Assembly (NCBI GenBank): GCA_031426555.1
Contig: JANPLN010000031.1
Location: 1 to 64,000, forward strand
Source of the DNA: Bdellovibrionales bacterium
GTDB taxonomy: Bacteria; Bdellovibrionota; Bdellovibrionia; Bdellovibrionales; JAGQZY01
Direction: 5' to 3'
DNA length: 64,000 bases
Part shown: in pieces, positions 58,909 through 64,000 of the stretch
How positions within the stretch are numbered: position 1 is the stretch's first letter
Layout of the letters: each line of letters opens with the position of its first letter
Position numbers and translations under genes: made by a program
Notes under the pieces: model-generated
What the model saw: only the letters and a program-made list of their open reading frames with translations
Told to the model about the DNA's origin: nothing
The model's database searches: none

Positions 58909-59346
58909 ATGTCGACAATTACCATTTGGGTTTTACTGGGCACTGGTCTGCTTGTTACTGAAATGCTGACAGGTACTTTTTTTCTCCTCTTTCTTTCCCT
59001 TGGAGCCTTCGCGGCCTCACTGGCGGCGCTGTTTGGCTTCGAATCCATGCCGCTGCAAATTATGATTTGTGGCGTGGTTGCTGGCCTCGGTTTTTTTCTT
59101 CTCAAAAAGCCATTACAAAAAAAGCTTCTTAAGACCGCCTCGGTGCAAATCGATCAAGGACAAGTTGTGCGCATAGAACAACCTTTGTCGGCTGGCCAAA
59201 CCACTCGCATCAGTTATCAGGGCACAACCTGGGAAGCTCGCAACACCGACTCCGCCGCCTTGAATCCCGGTGACGACGGGCTCATCGTAGGGACCGAAGG
59301 TCATATTTTGCTTTTGAAAAAATCAACACCACCAATAAACAGTTAA
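58909..59346 (+). CDS. NfeD-family protein
   Basis: W...G......E.....FFLL, C-terminal OB domain (YQGTTW.A); precedes SPFH gene. Confidence 0.85.
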   Translation: MSTITIWVLLGTGLLVTEMLTGTFFLLFLSLGAFAASLAALFGFESMPLQIMICGVVAGLGFFLLKKPLQKKLLKTASVQIDQGQVVRIEQPLSAGQTTRISYQGTTWEARNTDSAALNPGDDGLIVGTEGHILLLKKSTPPINS

Positions 59347-59354
59347 GAGGAGTT

Positions 59355-60284
59355 ATGGAACCCATGGTTATCGCAGTCGCATTTGTTATCGCTGTCTTTG
59401 TTGTTCTCTCGTTACTTATTAAAATCGTACCTCAGCAAAATGCTTTTATTGTTGAGCGCCTGGGCAAATACCATCGCACTCTGGAGGCGGGCCTTAATCT
59501 CATTATCCCCATGATCGACCGCATTGCTTATCGCAATAACCTTAAAGAAATGGTTCTCGATATTCCGCCGCAAGTTTGCATCACCAAAGATAACGTACAA
59601 GTGAGCGTTGACGGCGTTATTTTTTATCGCGTAATGGATGCTAAGACGGCGTCTTACGGGGTTAATAATTTCGAATTCGCCATTATACAGTTGGCACAAA
59701 CGACACTGCGTTCGGAAATTGGAAAACTCGATTTGGATCGTTCCTTTGAAGAGCGCGAAAAAATTAACAACGCTGTGATCTTAGCACTCGACGCCGCCAC
59801 TCAAGCCTGGGGCGTAAAAGTTCTGCGCTACGAGATCAAAGCCATCGTTCCACCGAAAGATGTTCTCGATGCCATGGAAAAACAAATGCGCGCCGAGCGC
59901 GAAAAACGCGCAAATATCTTGACCTCCGAAGGCGCTCGCGACGGTAAAATTAATAATGCCGAGGGTATCAAGCAAGATATGATTAAGCAGTCTGAGGCTG
60001 TGAAACAAAAGCAAATCAACGAGGCCGAAGGGCAAGCCTCCGCGATCTTGACCATCGCCAAGGCCAATGCCGACAGCATCCGTATGATCGCCGAAGCTTT
60101 AGGGCTTAAAGGTGGCCACGAAGCCGCCTCCCTAAAAGTCGCCGAAGAGTACGTCAAACAACTCGGCGCCGTGGCGCAAAACTCAAATCTGATCGTAGTT
60201 CCCGCCAACCTCTCAGAACCAACGTCGATGATCGCGTCAGCCTTTAGCGTGTTCGACAAGATGAAATCCCGCGAACAACCTTAG
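59355..60284 (+). CDS. SPFH/stomatin-like protein (QmcA-like)
   Basis: IVERLGKY, ITKDNV, QTTLRSEIG, MEKQMRAEREKRA. Confidence 0.93.
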   Translation: MEPMVIAVAFVIAVFVVLSLLIKIVPQQNAFIVERLGKYHRTLEAGLNLIIPMIDRIAYRNNLKEMVLDIPPQVCITKDNVQVSVDGVIFYRVMDAKTASYGVNNFEFAIIQLAQTTLRSEIGKLDLDRSFEEREKINNAVILALDAATQAWGVKVLRYEIKAIVPPKDVLDAMEKQMRAEREKRANILTSEGARDGKINNAEGIKQDMIKQSEAVKQKQINEAEGQASAILTIAKANADSIRMIAEALGLKGGHEAASLKVAEEYVKQLGAVAQNSNLIVVPANLSEPTSMIASAFSVFDKMKSREQP

Positions 60285-60287
60285 CAA

Positions 60288-60333
60288 GTCATCCTGAGCA
60301 CAGCGAAGGATCTATCGCTTCGCTCAAGATGAC
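60288..60333. repeat. REP-like imperfect palindrome
   Basis: GTCATCCTGAGC-acagcgaaggatctatcgcttc-GCTCAAGATGAC. Confidence 0.7.
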
Positions 60334-60444
60334 GTAAAACTTCCAAAGGGTGCCTCTCAAGCTTCTGTCCTTTTTTCACAGCTTTTTTAAAAGTGTGTTT
60401 TTGTAAAAGAAACCACCTACAAGAGCTGGATCAAGGGGGTCCCT

Positions 60445-61200
60445 ATGAAATTCGTGATGAGTCTCTGTTTTGTTTTCTCGGTGGTTTCGGTTTCCCATGC
60501 TGAAGTTCGCGGTGTTTTTCACACGGCGGGTGAAGTGTTCGCCACCATCAGCCCGACGATCGAGGAGGAATTCGACTCGTTCATCATCGCCAATACTCAG
60601 AAAAGCGGAACCGCCACCGATCCCATTCCTTTCCAGCACGCTCGATATATCGTAAAGAAATCTCCAGAGCTCAAAATTTTTAAACGCGACTCCCAAGGTC
60701 GAGTCACCGGTTTTATCGAAAGCAACATTACAACGCTGCAAGGTCTGCCAACGTTTCTCCCCATCTCATCAGGAGTTTCTGGCAGTGGAAGCATTCGCAG
60801 TTTCTCCGGCGTTTTCCGAGTCAATCATTCCAAATCAAAGAGCGGCCTCGCCACTTCCAAGGAAGCCCCTATGTCTTACGCCATGTATGTAGACGCCATC
60901 TACCCCGGCGGCCGCGCCTCTGGAGCTGCGATCCACGGAACCCCAACTAAAAACCACCGTCTTCTCGGAAACTCGCGCGCATCCCATGGATGTTTACGAA
61001 CGTTTCCAAGCTATGCAAAGCTCATTTATGCCCACGTGATTCAAAACCAAGATATGTTTAGCGACGATCTCATCGAGATCAACCGCCGAACCAATCTCCC
61101 CGGAGACGAGGCACAAAGCGGCCTCTTGGGAACTCGCACTGGAACCCGCACACTCTTTGTTATCTTTAATGGTTACTCACAAGAAACGAAGACGAAGTAA
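60445..61200 (+). CDS. Secreted L,D-transpeptidase (YkuD family)
   Basis: Signal peptide; AIHGT...LG..ASHGCLR. Confidence 0.85.
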   Translation: MKFVMSLCFVFSVVSVSHAEVRGVFHTAGEVFATISPTIEEEFDSFIIANTQKSGTATDPIPFQHARYIVKKSPELKIFKRDSQGRVTGFIESNITTLQGLPTFLPISSGVSGSGSIRSFSGVFRVNHSKSKSGLATSKEAPMSYAMYVDAIYPGGRASGAAIHGTPTKNHRLLGNSRASHGCLRTFPSYAKLIYAHVIQNQDMFSDDLIEINRRTNLPGDEAQSGLLGTRTGTRTLFVIFNGYSQETKTK

Positions 61201-61481
61201 AATCAGGATATCTCGGTCATAAAAATTTACGACCGCTTAGATGAGTACGTAAATAATCGGGGCAGAGCACGTTAGAATGGCACATCTTTCATAGACGGAC
61301 GAGGTCTGTTGGCGAGGGGTTATTTCATGCAAAGTCTGGTAACTTTTTGATGCCTTTAGTAAGTACCATTACGAACGATTAACCAAGAGTCAATTCGCGC
61401 GAATTCTAGGGGAGCAATATCTTGGCGTGCATTTTGTATGCTTTTTCTCAGTACGAGTACAAATTTTATAGGAGCTCTTAT

Positions 61482-62222
61482 ATGATAATTCTCTGCCAAA
61501 AACGGTCACTTCGGATCGCATTAATTGTGTTTTTCTTAAGCTTGCTGGCATTAAATCCTAATGCTCTGATGGCAGAGAGCCTCACAATTGAAGTTCCAGG
61601 ATTAATTAGGCGCGAGGCTCCCGTTGTTCAAAGAAATCAATTTACAGCAGCGGACTTTCTAATTCCTAACGAGAATGGAGAGAATCGCACCGAGCACCCG
61701 CAACAATTGCAGTTTGAATTAGATCATTCTATCAATACTCCAGACGATGCAAATAGAATCTTATTAAGCATTAGGAAATGGACACTTGTTTTACATTGCG
61801 ATGGACGTCCTCTGGATGCGGATTACGTACGTAGTAGTAACATAGCAGATGGCAAATTTAACGGCCGCATAGCTGCAGAATATCTACCGAGACCTGCTGA
61901 TGACAGACTTCCAAACTTGCGCGAATTTAAACTTATAGAGCGTCGTCTTGTTTACCCAGGAGCGCCAACAGTCGCCATATCATTGCAGTCCCAACCAGAA
62001 CAGGAAGATGAAGGATTTACGAGAATTTCCTTAGATCCAGAGACTGGTCTATTTGTCCTACGTAGAACTAATTTTTTTCAAACAAATAAAATGCGATTTA
62101 TCAAAGTAATAGAAACAGGAGAATGGGGCTTTGAAACAGAAGCACGTGAAGTTTTAAGAGAATGTAGCCCAGGAATCAGAACAAAAGCTTTATTTGTTCC
62201 GTTTGAGTCGTATACCTCTTAA
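61482..62222 (+). CDS. Secreted hypothetical protein (A/T-rich gene)
   Basis: AGGAG RBS, hydrophobic leader, no recognised motif. Confidence 0.55.
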   Translation: MIILCQKRSLRIALIVFFLSLLALNPNALMAESLTIEVPGLIRREAPVVQRNQFTAADFLIPNENGENRTEHPQQLQFELDHSINTPDDANRILLSIRKWTLVLHCDGRPLDADYVRSSNIADGKFNGRIAAEYLPRPADDRLPNLREFKLIERRLVYPGAPTVAISLQSQPEQEDEGFTRISLDPETGLFVLRRTNFFQTNKMRFIKVIETGEWGFETEAREVLRECSPGIRTKALFVPFESYTS

Positions 62223-62478
62223 TAACAATTTTAGAATATCAATAGATTTTAGACATTAAGCTTTGAGCTTTTTAGTCGTTTGAATCTAAGTCACTGCTAA
62301 AGTTTTACAGTCCTTGTTTCGATAAACATGGACTTCGTAGTCCTAGTCATTCCTAGAAATAATGCCTAAAGTTCCCCAAAATCGCTCTATTCAATAATAA
62401 GCCATTCTTTCCGATAAGCTTCAAACAGATTCATTGAGAATTTAAAGTGACAGTCTTACTTATGAAAAATCGGCTTTC

Positions 62479-63180
62479 CTATGGGAGGTCGAAAAACAAA
62501 AATTCACAGCTAGCAACACCTGTCAGAGAAAGCTGAGTTTCGTCAGAAATTGCCAGCCCGTCACCCTCGTTTAAGTCGTGAACGTTATTGACGCTCAAAC
62601 GGCCTTTCACGAGTTGCAACCAACCATAGCGCTGGGGTCGAAGGGTAAACTCTTTTTTAAAGCCGGCTTCAAAATTGCCAACGTAAAGATCAACGTCCTG
62701 ATGAATTTTTACCGAATCTTCACGTCCCGCTTTGGACGCCGTTAGCACCCAACTATTGGGTGTGAATTTATTTGAAAATGATTTTTGTTCGTAACTGGGT
62801 TCAATGCCTTCACGCTCTGGCAAGAGCCAGATCTGCAGCAGCTTCACCTCGTCTGTCACCGAGCTATTAAATTCAGAGTGTCGTATCCCAGTTCCCGCGG
62901 ACATCCGTTGCATATCTCCTGGACGAATCACAGCACTATTTCCCAGGGTGTCTTTGTGCTCGAGGGCTCCCGAAGTCACGTAGGTCACAATTTCCATGTC
63001 GTTATGAGCATGGGGAGGAAACCCTTTGCCCGGGGCTACGCGATCTTGATTGATCACTCTGAGAGCACGAAAGCCCATGTGCTTCTCGTCATAGTAGCTA
63101 GAAAACGAAAACGTGTGTTTAGCTTCTAGCCAGCCGTGATTGGCATGACCCCGATCTTCAGAACGACGCACAACAAACAT
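62479..63180 (-). CDS. Pirin family protein (YhhW-like)
   Basis: HGWL..KHTFSF, H.H.DMEIVTYV..G.LEH.D, MSAGTGIRHSE. Confidence 0.93.
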   Translation of the reverse strand: MFVVRRSEDRGHANHGWLEAKHTFSFSSYYDEKHMGFRALRVINQDRVAPGKGFPPHAHNDMEIVTYVTSGALEHKDTLGNSAVIRPGDMQRMSAGTGIRHSEFNSSVTDEVKLLQIWLLPEREGIEPSYEQKSFSNKFTPNSWVLTASKAGREDSVKIHQDVDLYVGNFEAGFKKEFTLRPQRYGWLQLVKGRLSVNNVHDLNEGDGLAISDETQLSLTGVASCEFLFFDLP

Positions 63181-63965
63181 TACAGAATCCTTTGTGTTTT
63201 AATTTTTAAATGGACCTTGGAAGCAGCAACATTTACCAGCAGCACTGAAAGACCCGCAAAGAAATGCTTTAGAGTGTGCCCGCTCAAAAAGAAATAGTCA
63301 AAAATAGCATGATCAAACATTTCGCAAAGTTTAGCCACGCCGTACATCAAAAAACTGAGTATCAATAGTTTGTTCGAAAGCCTTCCATCGCGAAAAAAGA
63401 AAATCAGGTACATACACGCCAGCAACGACCCAAACTGTAAAACAATATAGGGACGCAAATCCTTGGGTCCAGAGTCAATGCACAGGACTGCTGCCACAGC
63501 CAAAGCACTTAACACCGGCAGCATCACCCGCACGTACCTATCAGTCACCCTGTCTGCAAAGATAAAGCTAAATAAAGAGGCAAAACCAACGGCCATGGGC
63601 AACCGGTCCCAGAGCAGCGTTTGCGGCGAAGGACTCAAGTGAAAGTAAGAGGAGCCCCAGCAGGTCACAAAAATGCTGAGATTGAGAATGAGAAAGCTTT
63701 CCCAAAGTCCTAAATCGTAGGCGTGGTAGTTTTTTATAAAAATAAAAAATCCGAAGAGACTTACATACAAAAAGACCACGTTCGAAAAAACATTCCAAAA
63801 ATATGGCAATCCCCAAACTCGCTCCTGGTCCGAGAACAAGAAATAATCACTTGGGTCCACTGCGGGCAAGTGGTCCCAAAGTCCATAGGCAGCAATACTT
63901 ATAAGCGCAATAATTATGCTGAGCGTTTTGATCGTTAAAATGACGGAGGTGTGTGCTTTTGCCAA
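63180..63965 (-). CDS. Ceramidase-like (CREST) membrane protein
   Basis: WNVFSN, GSSYFH, WDRLPM, SGHTLKH. Confidence 0.8.
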   Translation of the reverse strand: MAKAHTSVILTIKTLSIIIALISIAAYGLWDHLPAVDPSDYFLFSDQERVWGLPYFWNVFSNVVFLYVSLFGFFIFIKNYHAYDLGLWESFLILNLSIFVTCWGSSYFHLSPSPQTLLWDRLPMAVGFASLFSFIFADRVTDRYVRVMLPVLSALAVAAVLCIDSGPKDLRPYIVLQFGSLLACMYLIFFFRDGRLSNKLLILSFLMYGVAKLCEMFDHAIFDYFFLSGHTLKHFFAGLSVLLVNVAASKVHLKIKTQRIL

Positions 63966-64000
63966 GAACCATTACTTAACTCTCGACGCCGTTTTAGGCA

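Noticed and set aside
61201..61480. ncRNA or gene remnant in the long intergenic region (also 62223-62478)
   Set aside because: No recognisable structure or protein motif in the frames I read.
1..64000. CRISPR arrays, rRNA, and the many short antisense or nested ORFs in the track
   Set aside because: No repeat-spacer array or rRNA seen; the nested ORFs overlap well-supported genes and lack motifs.

Overview
Gene-dense bacterial chromosomal segment, probably from a Bdellovibrionota-like organism (inferred from gene content only). 1-13.7 kb: envelope and housekeeping genes (two GT2 glycosyltransferases, a GT-C-like membrane protein, a 710-aa prepilin-type protein, murJ, rpsT, holA, lptE, class V aminotransferase, SerA-like dehydrogenase, purA). 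tRNA-Lys(TTT) and tRNA-Glu(TTC) follow, then an accessory block. Its most unusual element is a translationally coupled operon (14.6-20.2 kb): REC-REC-HK, Rcp1-like REC, PAS-HK, heme oxygenase, and a stand-alone phytochrome PAS-GAF-PHY module with no output domain. That module keeps the bilin-binding Cys but has lost key photochemical residues (DIP->EIP, His->Met, PRxSF->PAGSF). Also notable: a BlaI + M56 peptidase-lytic transglycosylase fusion with twin operator palindromes; deletion scars (hxlR/azoR, GFA); two divergent genes sharing one CATG; and a 73-bp-arm inverted repeat after greB, around which third-codon-position composition flips from C/A to G/T. The rest is stress, transport and housekeeping genes. 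I saw no CRISPR, integrase, transposase or rRNA. All calls are by eye, without database searches.
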